This document shows positions 33,001 to 44,133 of a DNA stretch of 64,000 nucleotides, in pieces (the first letter of the stretch is position 1; each line of letters begins with the position of its first letter). The notes beneath the pieces were generated by a model. It was not told the DNA's origin. It made no database searches and was given only the letters and a program-made list of their open reading frames with translations. The position numbers and the translations under genes are program-made. Source of the stretch: Marinicella sp. Lineage in GTDB: Bacteria; Pseudomonadota; Gammaproteobacteria; Xanthomonadales; Marinicellaceae. Location of the stretch: positions 448,001 through 512,000 of the forward strand of contig OZ246001.1 of assembly GCA_965230295.1 (NCBI GenBank). Reading direction: 5' to 3'.

Positions 33001-33644
33001 CCTACAGAAATGGCGAACCTGTATGGCTGTTGGGTCTGGCGCCATTATCAAATGGCCGTGCCCAAATGAACCTCAGCATCACTTCAGGTACGCAATTCCC
33101 GCCAGAATTTGACAGCAATGAAGTCACTTATAACAATTGGGGATTCCTGGAGTTTGAATTCTCTGATGCGGAGACTGGCAAAGCGTTTTGGCACAGTGAC
33201 ATATCAGGTTTTGCAGCAGGTGAGATGACCATCAATAAAATTGCAGCCATTTCCGATCATGTAACTGGCTGTTTAAGCGGTAGTTATACCAAACCGGATC
33301 AACCCGGGCATGGCATCAACATCCAGGTTGTTGATAGCAACAATCAGGATTTGGTGTTGATTACATGGTACACATACCAAAATGGGCAGCAGCTTTGGCT
33401 GACAGGATCGAGTCAATTAACTGGCCAACAAGCCCAAGTCCAATTAAATCAGTTCAGCGGCCCCGGTTTTCCGCCTGAATTCGATACCAATGAATTGAAC
33501 AGCAACCCATGGGGCACAATCCAGTTAGATTTCTCAAACCCGAATCAACTTGATATTGAATGGACCAGTGATGTTGAAGGCTTTGGGACAGGCAGCATGA
33601 CGATGGTCAAACTCACACAACTATCTGGGCATGTTTGTGACTGA
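30090..33644 (+). CDS. secreted YVTN/YncE beta-propeller + di-heme cytochrome c protein with tandem C-terminal domains
   Basis: Signal peptide; blades (VGIDPVGLAIRPDG, VGKVPRGIAL); CESCH and CGDCH heme motifs; TAPYHWDG as in CCP/MauG-like proteins. Confidence 0.82.
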   Translation: MFNIQQTKPQKWSRHCFLWLTVLLTATSSWAGIKPSGHPNFLSPHSNPIVLHNNKLFVANTANDTVDVIDTNNRQLVKQINVGIDPVGLAIRPDGSQVWVSNHVSDSISIIDNNPESPSYLVVVATLQDFDPNTKATRFDEPVGLAFASNDKAYVALSSENQVAVVDTHTYQITKRLNITAQDPRALYVKNNRLYVIPFESNNQTQISGCVGAISGGLCTFDATEHVVTNNNVLSQNIVVDVIKHPAVPDRDLFIYDTNNDQLITTVSAVGTLLYGIAVNSQGQVYVTQTDARNDANGATGTLGDGLQQMGNRAFLNQVTTINCAETSCQAPQFIDLEPLPPENPASGQALATPFAIQISNDEKILVITAASSNQLVMLDASNQQIISRIEVGKVPRGIALEHNSDNQLTTAWVLNAVANSVSQVDISSPQNPLLINTILLEDPTHPDVKKGRMAFNDAKASTTETFACESCHPDGGTDQLLWVLDTPVCNLPGCDQIPPRITMPIRGLRDTAPYHWDGIPGDPYGGINTASINAITPANCSLDDPQSCTRNLVDGGLASTMCTVGDCPTNDEHKAGALDAEDRDAMAKFLLSVPYPPALRRAYDNVLSTTAKTGFNLFHIQGDNQGNPTPNVCGDCHRMPFWVSTNTAGTGMEAPTWRGAYDRWLILPQGRLNIIDFNFFEPLTRLGIPEERMWRLSWANRARFNPVWNMVTEGSTGFSGAFARQIPLNSNAVTDNLTIDLFQALEGAAQEGGVLLQGSGVWIEPTQSTPVEIEYFADKYWLSDHDTPHSRSELITMVTQGQLIGTLTARLGQHVDVDHPQPALWTLGSMHLQRGQQRFPTIESGSTRLFLSGRHVSPAAHIVIDGKRFPGIISCAASGRLPNCQNETIEIKLAYLPENSGQHFLQVQNPDGLFSNDFIFNTLQNGQGMPNLDLSGPWFNSEQNGHGWYLELLEPLNPDEPQRLLAYWYTYRNGEPVWLLGLAPLSNGRAQMNLSITSGTQFPPEFDSNEVTYNNWGFLEFEFSDAETGKAFWHSDISGFAAGEMTINKIAAISDHVTGCLSGSYTKPDQPGHGINIQVVDSNNQDLVLITWYTYQNGQQLWLTGSSQLTGQQAQVQLNQFSGPGFPPEFDTNELNSNPWGTIQLDFSNPNQLDIEWTSDVEGFGTGSMTMVKLTQLSGHVCD

Positions 33645-33817
33645 GTTGTTGTATCTGATTAAGAAAGGACAGTCTATAAACCTGTTTTTACGATAACCGC
33701 ATAATAAGTCATTTTTACCTTTTAAACACACAATTTATCGTGCTAATATGTACATAACATGTGCGCATTATTACATTTTTACTCATATGAGATCTTCATT
33801 ACATCACAGGGGGCACC

Positions 33818-34453
33818 ATGACTGAAGCATTGAAATTAACCGTAGTCAACAATTCTACTCAAACAGGCAGCTTTTGCATTTACCAAAAACAACCAGAAAG
33901 CAATGTACAGGGCTTAAAGACCTTGGCATGGCTGGTTAAAAATGCACACCCAACAACCAAGTTAAGGTTTGAGTGGCTGGTGCAATATGATTTCGTTTGG
34001 ACAAAAAACACAAGATTCGGCAACCACGCTGGTGTGAAAACCAGCCAAACCTGGAAATCTGATTTAAATACACTGAATCAAGTCAAATTTGAATATTCCG
34101 ATGGTGCCTACACTTTTAATGAACCCACAAAGGCTGAAAATGAAGGCAGTTTATACATCAACACCGGTATGAATGTTGTGGCTAATGATTCCCTCATTGG
34201 CATCGGCATGGATGGTAAAGCCACATTTTTAACCCCTTCACAGCCCAATATGCAATTAGCCATCACACCCAAAAAACCTACATACTGGTTGGTGTTTGGG
34301 CGTTTCAAAGAAGGCGAAACTGTTGATGTCTCTGAATTGGCCAAGCAAGCTTTTGAATTGGATTTCAACCACACTGATCACTTAAAGGTTGAGTTTTGCG
34401 GCAACAACACTTGGCGACTGAAATCAAAGAAAGCCGCTGCTGCCTGTTGCTAG
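33818..34453 (+). CDS. RhiA-like beta-rich protein
   Basis: L..VNNS...FCIYQ...LAW....HPTT...F.W...Y.FVW pattern recalled from the RhiA family; AGGGGG RBS. Confidence 0.55.
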   Translation: MTEALKLTVVNNSTQTGSFCIYQKQPESNVQGLKTLAWLVKNAHPTTKLRFEWLVQYDFVWTKNTRFGNHAGVKTSQTWKSDLNTLNQVKFEYSDGAYTFNEPTKAENEGSLYINTGMNVVANDSLIGIGMDGKATFLTPSQPNMQLAITPKKPTYWLVFGRFKEGETVDVSELAKQAFELDFNHTDHLKVEFCGNNTWRLKSKKAAAACC

Positions 34454-34800
34454 GCAGCCAACAAATAAGCCTGATACAAACGATACCCCACCAAAGCAGT
34501 CAAAGCCAGGCCAACCAGCGGTAAGTACACCACTGGTCGTTTGATGTGGGTGAATACAAACCAAAGCAAAAACAACAAACACACCACTGCAGCAGCCCAC
34601 TTGAAACCTGTAGCAAATGGCAGCAACTCTGGAAAGGCTGCAATGAATGCCACCATCAGGCTCCCAAACACGCCCACCAAGGCAATGCGTTTGTCATGCA
34701 TCAATGCCTGAATCAACAGCACCACCCAACTGATCACACCAACTGATACCAGCAGTGCAATCACCCAACCGTATTCAATCAACAGCTCGCTCTTCGTCAT
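34450..34800 (-). CDS. hypothetical membrane protein (about 4 TM helices)
   Basis: Hydrophobic segments; ATG just after the upstream peptidase stop. Confidence 0.7.
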   Translation of the reverse strand: MTKSELLIEYGWVIALLVSVGVISWVVLLIQALMHDKRIALVGVFGSLMVAFIAAFPELLPFATGFKWAAAVVCLLFLLWFVFTHIKRPVVYLPLVGLALTALVGYRLYQAYLLAA

Positions 34801-34804
34801 CAGA

Positions 34805-35944
34805 TCAAGCTTTGATGGCGGGTATGGTGTTGTTGATGGCAATGATCACATCTTCGCCAAACTTTTTACACCGTTCTGGAGACCAACCATATTGCTCATC
34901 AGGTAAATCATGATTGTCTTTAAAGGGTTGCTCTACAGTATAAGACAGGCAATTGAATGTTTGTCCCACGTAATTAGTGGCAATGCGCAGGTCTGCCTTA
35001 CCAGGCTCATCATCATCGTACTTAAACACATCTTGAAAATCTGGACTGGCAGCGGCCCAAGCGGCTTTGAAAGTGTCTTCTAAATTTTTCAAGCGCTCAT
35101 CATAATTGGGGTTACCTTCACAACCAGCGACAAAATTGTATGGAATCGCTTCATCACCATGAATGTCCAAAAACATATCAACACCTTGTTGGTGCATGTG
35201 TTCACGCACTAAATACACCTCAGGGCTGGCTTCCATGGTTGGCTCTTGCCATTCTCGATTCAAATTGGCACCTGATGCATTGGTTCTTAAATTGCCCCGA
35301 TAAGCACCATCGGGGTTCATGTTGGGCACCACATAAAAACGACACTGCTGTAACAGTTGTCGGGAAGTGGGGTTATCTTGATCTAACAAAGACTCTAAGA
35401 AGCCCTCAACAAACCACTCTGCCATGGTTTCACCGGGATGCTGACGAGCAATCATCCACACATTCAGTTTTTCCGTCAAATCAACTTCTTCATCTTCAAT
35501 GACCAACATATCAAAGTCACGTCCATCCAAGGTTGCTCCCAGGTTTTTCAATGAACACAAATCTGACTGTTGCGCAAATGCCAACAAGTTCAAGTGTCGT
35601 TCAAAGGAATAAGGTGCAAAGTAGGCAAAATAAATGTCATCGGTGTCAGTATTGAATTCTACAGTCAGTTGTTTACCATCAAACTCGGTTGGTATTCTGA
35701 ACCATTCTTGACGATCGGTAGATGCGCACACATCGTAATCTTGCCAACCTTCAACATATGAAGTTTCTGAAGCATTGATGAATTTCAATACACAGTCTTG
35801 GTTTTTCACGCCTTGGACTCTGAAGTGAAACCATTGTCTGAATTCAGAATGTGAATCGTTTTTAATTTTGACTTGAATGTCTGAAACATCTTTGGCTTTG
35901 ACCACTTCAATGCGGCCGCCATCAAAGTGACTGCTGATTTTCAT
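34805..35944 (-). CDS. M14-type cytosolic carboxypeptidase
   Basis: QWFHFR, YFAPYS, ARQHPGE, NPDG, NLNREW, DIHGDE. Confidence 0.92.
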   Translation of the reverse strand: MKISSHFDGGRIEVVKAKDVSDIQVKIKNDSHSEFRQWFHFRVQGVKNQDCVLKFINASETSYVEGWQDYDVCASTDRQEWFRIPTEFDGKQLTVEFNTDTDDIYFAYFAPYSFERHLNLLAFAQQSDLCSLKNLGATLDGRDFDMLVIEDEEVDLTEKLNVWMIARQHPGETMAEWFVEGFLESLLDQDNPTSRQLLQQCRFYVVPNMNPDGAYRGNLRTNASGANLNREWQEPTMEASPEVYLVREHMHQQGVDMFLDIHGDEAIPYNFVAGCEGNPNYDERLKNLEDTFKAAWAAASPDFQDVFKYDDDEPGKADLRIATNYVGQTFNCLSYTVEQPFKDNHDLPDEQYGWSPERCKKFGEDVIIAINNTIPAIKA

Positions 35945-36022
35945 AAGGTGCCTTGTTTTGAGAAAAAACACATCTTGGCACAGATGGTGCTGGCATTCAA
36001 TCTATGAAATAAAATTCCCTCT

Positions 36023-36970
36023 CTATTGCACCACATGCATGTAAACACCCAACACCACCTGCGCCATTTTTTCATAATTCAACGTATCGTAGGTGTCATC
36101 AGCGGTGTGGTATCGCTGATTGCGATAAAATGCCGTATCAGTGACCATCACGGCTGGTATACCTAAGGCCCAATAACTGCGGTGGTCGGAAAAATCAACA
36201 CCAGGGATCATGGTGGGCGCATTGACAGAAAAAGCTTCAAGCTCAGTGTAATGGTTGAAGGTATTCTTGAGCTGCTGACCTTCAGTGGACAACAACCGGT
36301 CCACCACGGCGATGAAGTCACCTTGGCTGGGGTAGATCCAGTCCATCAGAAATGTGGGGTAGCTTTGTGAGCCAGGTTCATCTGTGAAAAAACCAATCAT
36401 TTCCAAAGATATCATCAATTTAACAGCTCTATCCAGCCCATTGGCATGAACGAAACTGCCCATATGCTCGGTGCGGAAAAATGGCGGTTCTTCCAAAGTA
36501 TAAGCAACCAGCTCAATGCTTTGCTGTGGTGGATTCATATGTAACAGTCGAGCCAATTCGATCAAACCGGCCACACCGCTGGCATTGTCATCGGCCCCAG
36601 GCAAGTCGTTGTATGCATCATAATGGGCACCCACCACAATGATTTCATCTGATTCTGGACCTACATTCACCACAATGTTGTGATAAGAACGGCCCTCAAC
36701 CATGAAACTTTGTATCACTGGATTCAAACCCATGTCTGAGAATTGTTGTTGGATGTAATCGCTGGCTGCATCAAGGCCAATGGGGTCCTCAAAACTTCGA
36801 TTGGTTTGTGTACTGAGGAATTTAACATGTTGTTGCAACAGCAATGGATCGACCATCACACCATGTGGTAAATCCAGCTGATTCACCCATGCAGGCCGTT
36901 TGATCATGTAAGCAATCACTGATAACAAAAACAGCAACAGCAATGCCGACCTGAATATTTTTTTAACCAT
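36023..36970 (-). CDS. M28 family peptidase
   Basis: GAHYD, GADDNASGVA, LEEPP, SLEM, SDH, YHT. Confidence 0.9.
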   Translation of the reverse strand: MVKKIFRSALLLLFLLSVIAYMIKRPAWVNQLDLPHGVMVDPLLLQQHVKFLSTQTNRSFEDPIGLDAASDYIQQQFSDMGLNPVIQSFMVEGRSYHNIVVNVGPESDEIIVVGAHYDAYNDLPGADDNASGVAGLIELARLLHMNPPQQSIELVAYTLEEPPFFRTEHMGSFVHANGLDRAVKLMISLEMIGFFTDEPGSQSYPTFLMDWIYPSQGDFIAVVDRLLSTEGQQLKNTFNHYTELEAFSVNAPTMIPGVDFSDHRSYWALGIPAVMVTDTAFYRNQRYHTADDTYDTLNYEKMAQVVLGVYMHVVQ

Positions 36971-37097
36971 GATTTCACATCTTTTTATGTTCTGAAGAAA
37001 TATTATGCCAACTTATTGCAAAAATGACTCAAATTTTTTGTAATCACTGTGGCGCCATCAGGTCTATATCATTTCAACAGAGAGCGAGAATTAATTT

Positions 37098-37736
37098 ATG
37101 AAATCCTTATCCATCCTTTTAATTGGGCTGATCATGACCTGTGCCGTAAACGCTGAAGGCTACTATGACCAAGCCGATCAAGTCACTCCATTATTACCTG
37201 GCATGACCATTCCGGCGTTCAGCGCTTTAACGCCTGAAGGTAAAACTGTAAAGTTTGACCCTGAAAACATTGAAAAACCATTTGTATTGACTTTTTATCG
37301 AGGTGGCTGGTGCCCATACTGTAGGGCTCATTTAGGAGAGATGCGTTTGGCTGAACAAGAGTTGGTTAAACTGGGTTTTGATGTTTTTTTTATCAGCCCT
37401 GACCAACCCAGCTTCTTGACCGAAAGTATCAAAATGCAAGAATCCACTGAAAAAGTAGAGTACCAACTGCTGTCTGATTCCAGCATGGATGTATCAAAAG
37501 CATTCAAAATTGCCTTCAAAGTTGAGGATGAACTGGTAGAAAAATACAAAAAGTGGAACATTGATCTTGAAAAAGCTTCCGGTTATGACCACCACTTATT
37601 ACCTGCACCTGCCGTATTTATGGTCGGTACAGACGGGGTAATTCAGTTCCAATACGTCAATCCTGACTATAAAATCAGGTTGGCACCCAGTATTTTGCTT
37701 GCTGCAGCCAAAGATTATTTGAAAAGAGCCCCCTAA
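37098..37736 (+). CDS. exported AhpC/TSA peroxiredoxin-like protein
   Basis: Signal peptide; FYRGGWCPYC. Confidence 0.88.
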   Translation: MKSLSILLIGLIMTCAVNAEGYYDQADQVTPLLPGMTIPAFSALTPEGKTVKFDPENIEKPFVLTFYRGGWCPYCRAHLGEMRLAEQELVKLGFDVFFISPDQPSFLTESIKMQESTEKVEYQLLSDSSMDVSKAFKIAFKVEDELVEKYKKWNIDLEKASGYDHHLLPAPAVFMVGTDGVIQFQYVNPDYKIRLAPSILLAAAKDYLKRAP

Positions 37737-37748
37737 GCCTCATATAAT
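37719..37748 (+). promoter_or_regulatory. putative sigma70 promoter for the candidate sRNA
   Basis: TTGAAA-18-TATAAT. Confidence 0.6.
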
Positions 37749-37754
37749 AGAGCA

Positions 37755-37831
37755 ATGGATGGTGGCGCCTTCCCCCTTTATGCCACCGTTCACCGACGGG
37801 ACCTGGTTCTTCGAATCTTGTCCCGTTTTTT
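37755..37831 (+). ncRNA. candidate small RNA with C-rich loop and intrinsic terminator
   Basis: Promoter, then a 12-bp hairpin with loop CCTTCCCCCTTTA, then an ACGGGAC/GTCCCGT stem and T-run. Confidence 0.55.
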
Positions 37832-37868
37832 ATGCCGGCATGAAAACCAAATCAGGTACCGACAAAAC

Positions 37869-38042
37869 ATGGACTGAAGTCCACGCTCCGTTTTTCTGGT
37901 TTAACTGACCTGGGTAGTCGACTCCAATCGATCCTGGCCTTAATCAAGATAAAGTGACAACAAACATCAACCCAACGTGGACTGAAGTCCCCGCTCCGTT
38001 TTCATTGACCACAGCTCACCAGGGTAGTCGGCTGCAATCGAC
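37869..38042. repeat. two tandem REP-doublet units
   Basis: TGGACTGAAGTCC(A/C)CGCTCCGTTTT near 37870 and 37978, each followed by GGGTAGTCG(A/G)CT(C/G)CAATCGA at 37912 and 38022. Confidence 0.8.
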
Positions 38043-38057
38043 AGAATTCTTATCTAT

Positions 38058-38194
38058 CGTCATCCTCGGGCTTCCTTAAAGGACCTACTTTTGGTGACCC
38101 GGGGATCCAGGTTGAAGATATTTGGACAAGGGATTGATTTTCAATAGGCTGAAAAACCTTCAGCCTGGATCCTGCGGTCAAGCCGCAGGATGAC
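38058..38194. repeat. CGTC-type palindromic repeat dimer
   Basis: CGTCATCCTCGGG...CCCGGGGATCCAGG ... CCTGGATCCTGCGGTCAAGCCGCAGGATGAC. Confidence 0.8.
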
Positions 38195-38310
38195 TGATAC
38201 CGTATCCTATCTATGACGTTCAGAAACAAACAAGCTGAATAAAATTGATGACTTGATTAAATGAATTCAGCAAATCCGAAGAACCCCAATCTCACATCAA
38301 CACCATGCTA

Positions 38311-38335
38311 AGCGTGGACTGAAGTCCACGCTCCG
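38311..38335. repeat. REP palindrome
   Basis: AGCGTGGACT-GA-AGTCCACGCT hairpin; same family as 37869. Confidence 0.8.
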
Positions 38336-38368
38336 TTGAGTTTCCTGTTACCAAAATCAGTCGATCAA

Positions 38369-40899
<2,531 letters not shown>

Positions 40900-41062
40900 C
40901 ATTCGTGCTTTTAAATCCGAAAACTTAAACATCAAGCAGGCGGTGGGGGGTTTGAAGGTTCTCAAAAATATTTAACTTCAAGTTCACTCTTACCACCTTC
41001 ACAAACCTTGTGCTCAGCCTGTAATTCATCTAACATTAAATAATTATTAATGGAAAAACAGC

Positions 41063-41455
41063 ATGACTGACATCAACACAATACTCAAGCTTAATGGCCT
41101 CAATTGTTTGCTGTTTGGTTCTTTGTTTGTGTTCATTCCTGATTCCATCATTCCATTCTTAAGTTTAGACAATCCAATCCCTAAATGGGTGCTGTTGAGT
41201 TTGGGCGTGGGCTTAAATCTTTATGGCTTGTACTTATTGTGGTTAGGCGCCAAACATAAAGTCCCCCATCGATATGTTTTGTTCGTTGCATTTGGTGATT
41301 TTATGTGGGTTTTAGCAACCGTGGTATTGATCGTTATGAAAACCTGGATCACCACCATCAATGGCATGACGGCAGCTGGCTTGGTGGCCATTTTAGTGGG
41401 TTGGTTTGGCTGGTTACAGTTACAGTACTTTTTCAAAGAATCCAAGCAGCCTTAA
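41063..41455 (+). CDS. hypothetical membrane protein (4 TM helices)
   Basis: Four hydrophobic segments; GD..WV motif. Confidence 0.75.
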   Translation: MTDINTILKLNGLNCLLFGSLFVFIPDSIIPFLSLDNPIPKWVLLSLGVGLNLYGLYLLWLGAKHKVPHRYVLFVAFGDFMWVLATVVLIVMKTWITTINGMTAAGLVAILVGWFGWLQLQYFFKESKQP

Positions 41456-41466
41456 GTCCTTCATTG

Positions 41467-41551
41467 CGTTGGCTGAAGTCAACACCTAGACATGAATGTC
41501 CTTTAGCATAAGATCATTTTACTAATAGTGGAGCGTCGACATCAGTCGACG
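41467..41551. repeat. degenerate inverted REP pair
   Basis: CGTTGGCTGAAGTCAACACC and GTGGAGCGTCGACATCAGTCGACG, variants of the 38311 REP. Confidence 0.6.
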
Positions 41552-41591
41552 TAGAAGCTTAAAACAATTAGAGTTAATAAAAATAGAACAA

Positions 41592-41705
41592 CGTCATTCT
41601 GTGTCTAGACCACAGAATCCAGGTAGGTGATTTTCGGTTCTTCTCGGATATATAATTATGCCAAACTTGAACTGCCTGGATCCTACGATCAAGTCGTAGG
41701 ATGAC
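41592..41705. repeat. CGTC-type palindromic repeat dimer, second copy
   Basis: CGTCATTCTGTGTCTAGACCACAGAATCCAGG ... CCTGGATCCTACGATCAAGTCGTAGGATGAC. Confidence 0.8.
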
Positions 41706-41716
41706 AAATTTCTGCT

Positions 41717-42445
41717 TTAAGTTTCTAGTTTTCTGAATTTAATTTTGAATTGATTATCATCTAATTCAGCTTTGTAAAGATTAATTCCAAGCTTCAAATT
41801 TTTTATCATTTTTATATCTGATTCACCTGTTCTATACCCAAAGTAAATAGCTTGAAGACTGTTTGAGTGATAAGACCTTACCCTCCCACCAAGTTTAATA
41901 AATAATCTCCACTCATTTTCGTAACTCCACTCAATCGATTTCGAGGTCCAAAATGTTTCTACGTCTTCAATTGTAAATTCTGAATTTATAAACCTAATCC
42001 AATTTATTTGAGGTATTTCTTCAAGATATCTAACTTTTTTAAAATTTTTAAAAAAGCTACCTTTGGGAATGAACTCTAAACATACTCCTTTATGGCTGTC
42101 CGCATAATGTGACCACATCAGTAGATTTTTATTACATTCTGTAAAACAGGTTATACCACTTTTATTGATAAAGTCTTTTTTAAGGACGTTTAGAGATTGC
42201 TCAATGGATTTGATATATAACTCTTCACACTCTTCATTACTCATATCTACAGTCTCAGGAAGTTTACTTTTTTCCTCTTCTACTTCTATACTTGGTATGG
42301 ATCTAAAAACTGTTGGTAAAAAACAATCAAAGGGGTCATTTAAATTAACAGGATGATTAAAATACAGTTGACCATTTACTAAGTTTTTCAGTAAATTGTT
42401 ATCAAGTTTTGAATATTTGAAGATTCTTTCAGGTACTACTTTCAT
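41717..42445 (-). CDS. DUF2971 domain protein, AT-rich
   Basis: LNDPFDC, NLLMWSHYADSHKGVCLEF, KS.EWSYENEWR; start set at MKVVP. Confidence 0.85.
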   Translation of the reverse strand: MKVVPERIFKYSKLDNNLLKNLVNGQLYFNHPVNLNDPFDCFLPTVFRSIPSIEVEEEKSKLPETVDMSNEECEELYIKSIEQSLNVLKKDFINKSGITCFTECNKNLLMWSHYADSHKGVCLEFIPKGSFFKNFKKVRYLEEIPQINWIRFINSEFTIEDVETFWTSKSIEWSYENEWRLFIKLGGRVRSYHSNSLQAIYFGYRTGESDIKMIKNLKLGINLYKAELDDNQFKIKFRKLET

Positions 42446-42446
42446 T

Positions 42447-42968
42447 TCAATCAGGTTGCCAAAAGACCTCATTACCGCCATTGAGGATGCGAGCCAGTAC
42501 AAACAGATAATCCGACAACCTATTGAGGTATTGAGTGATTTCAACTTCTAATTCATGTTCTCCGGCTGCTTGCCAGGCTTTGCGTTCTGCACGGCGACAG
42601 ATGCTCCTGGCTAAATGTGCTGCACTGCCTGACTGGGTCCCTGCAGGAAGTATAAATTGTTTTAACGGGGCCAATTGTGTTTGCCATTGGTCTATCCATT
42701 CTTCAAGGGTTTGGATGTCATTCTGGTCAATGTTATTGCCTTTGTACTGTGCCACTTGTGCACCCAGATCAAACAATTTATGTTGGATTTTTGATAACTG
42801 ATCGTCAATGCCAGATTGGTCATTCAAAGCACGGATCATGCCGAGTTGGGCATTGAGTTCGTCAACGTCTCCAATGACGCCAAATAACTGGTCTGCTTTG
42901 GTTAATCTTTGGCCATTTGCCAGGCCGGTTTCACCTTGGTCACCACTGCGGGTATAAATTCTTGTCAT
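42447..42968 (-). CDS. ATP:cob(I)alamin adenosyltransferase, PduO type
   Basis: IYTRSGDQGETGL, GDVDELNA, FILP, RRAER, YLNRLSDYLF; start set at MTRIY. Confidence 0.93.
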   Translation of the reverse strand: MTRIYTRSGDQGETGLANGQRLTKADQLFGVIGDVDELNAQLGMIRALNDQSGIDDQLSKIQHKLFDLGAQVAQYKGNNIDQNDIQTLEEWIDQWQTQLAPLKQFILPAGTQSGSAAHLARSICRRAERKAWQAAGEHELEVEITQYLNRLSDYLFVLARILNGGNEVFWQPD

Positions 42969-43058
42969 AATGATGTAACTTTGTAAAACTTTGGTTGAAG
43001 TGAGTGAGTTCTTTAGAGTATAGTTCAGCAGATTTTTTTGCAAACAGTATTTGGTTAA

Positions 43059-44129
43059 ATGAAAAAAACTGTACTCAATGAAGCACACCGCAAAGCCGGT
43101 GCAAAAATGGTCGATTTTGGTGGTTGGGACATGCCCATTAATTACGGCTCCCAAATTGAAGAACACCATGCTGTGAGAAAAAATGTCGGCATGTTCGATG
43201 TTTCTCACATGACCGTGATCGATGTCCAGGGCCCACAAGCCACAGATTTTTTGCTGCAGTTGTTGGCCAATGACATCACCAAACTGAACCTCAATCAAGC
43301 CATGTACAGCACCATGCTGAACCAACAAGGCGGGGTTATCGATGATTTGATCACTTATAAAGTTTCAGAAACCGAATACCGTGTGGTCGTTAATGCCGCC
43401 ACCAGAGTGAAAGACCTGGCTTGGATATCTCAACAAATTGAAGCTTTTGATGCCACCATGAAAGAGCAAGCAGACACGGCCATGATTGCAGTTCAGGGAC
43501 CCAATGCAATGGCCACCATCAAACCTCTGCTGGATCTCGATTTAAGCGAAACCAAGCGCTTCTATGCCGCTTATAATGATGACATGTTTGTCGGCAGAAC
43601 CGGTTATACTGGTGAAGACGGGGTGGAAATCATTGTCCCAAGCACTGCCGCTGAGGCTTTGTGGGAACGCCTCATCGAAGCTGGGGTACAACCCTGTGGC
43701 TTAGGCGCCAGAGACACTTTGAGGCTAGAGGCAGGCATGCACTTGTATGGTCAGGACATGGATGAAAACATCACGCCATTGGAGTGTGGTCTGGGCTGGA
43801 CCATTCGCAAAGAAAATGCATCATTCAATGGTGCCGAAGCACTGGCAAAATTGCGTGAATCAGGTGTCAACAAAAAATTAATCGGTTTGGTACTGGAGGG
43901 CCGTGGTATTTTGCGGCACGACCAAACTTTAATAGATGATGATGGCAACCAAGGCATCATCACCAGTGGCGGTTATTCACCGTCCACTGAGAAAGCCATT
44001 GCCATGGCTGTTGTAGACAAAGGCATGAACACTGCATCTGTACAGGTTCAAATCAGAAACAAAAGCTTGCCTTGTCGCGTAGTAAAATTACCATTTGTCA
44101 GAAATGGCAAATCTTTAATTGAGGATTGA
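43059..44129 (+). CDS. gcvT: glycine cleavage aminomethyltransferase T
   Basis: FGGWDMP, FDVSHM, RTGYTGEDG, GLGARDTLRLEAG. Confidence 0.97.
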   Translation: MKKTVLNEAHRKAGAKMVDFGGWDMPINYGSQIEEHHAVRKNVGMFDVSHMTVIDVQGPQATDFLLQLLANDITKLNLNQAMYSTMLNQQGGVIDDLITYKVSETEYRVVVNAATRVKDLAWISQQIEAFDATMKEQADTAMIAVQGPNAMATIKPLLDLDLSETKRFYAAYNDDMFVGRTGYTGEDGVEIIVPSTAAEALWERLIEAGVQPCGLGARDTLRLEAGMHLYGQDMDENITPLECGLGWTIRKENASFNGAEALAKLRESGVNKKLIGLVLEGRGILRHDQTLIDDDGNQGIITSGGYSPSTEKAIAMAVVDKGMNTASVQVQIRNKSLPCRVVKLPFVRNGKSLIED

Positions 44130-44133
44130 ACCC

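Noticed and set aside
34430-34453. KKAAAACC C-terminus as a lipidation or metal-binding motif
   Set aside because: Short tail abutting a convergent gene with overlapping stop codons; no supporting evidence.
37755-37831. Possible tRNA (similar length, GGTTC)
   Set aside because: Folds as two separate hairpins; no cloverleaf, acceptor stem or CCA end.
37869-38335. Possible CRISPR array
   Set aside because: Only three copies with irregular spacing, self-palindromic REP-like units, and no cas genes in the window.
42969-43328. N-terminal extension of the adenosyltransferase ORF
   Set aside because: Antisense overlap with gcvT; the family N-terminus begins at MTRIYTR (42968).
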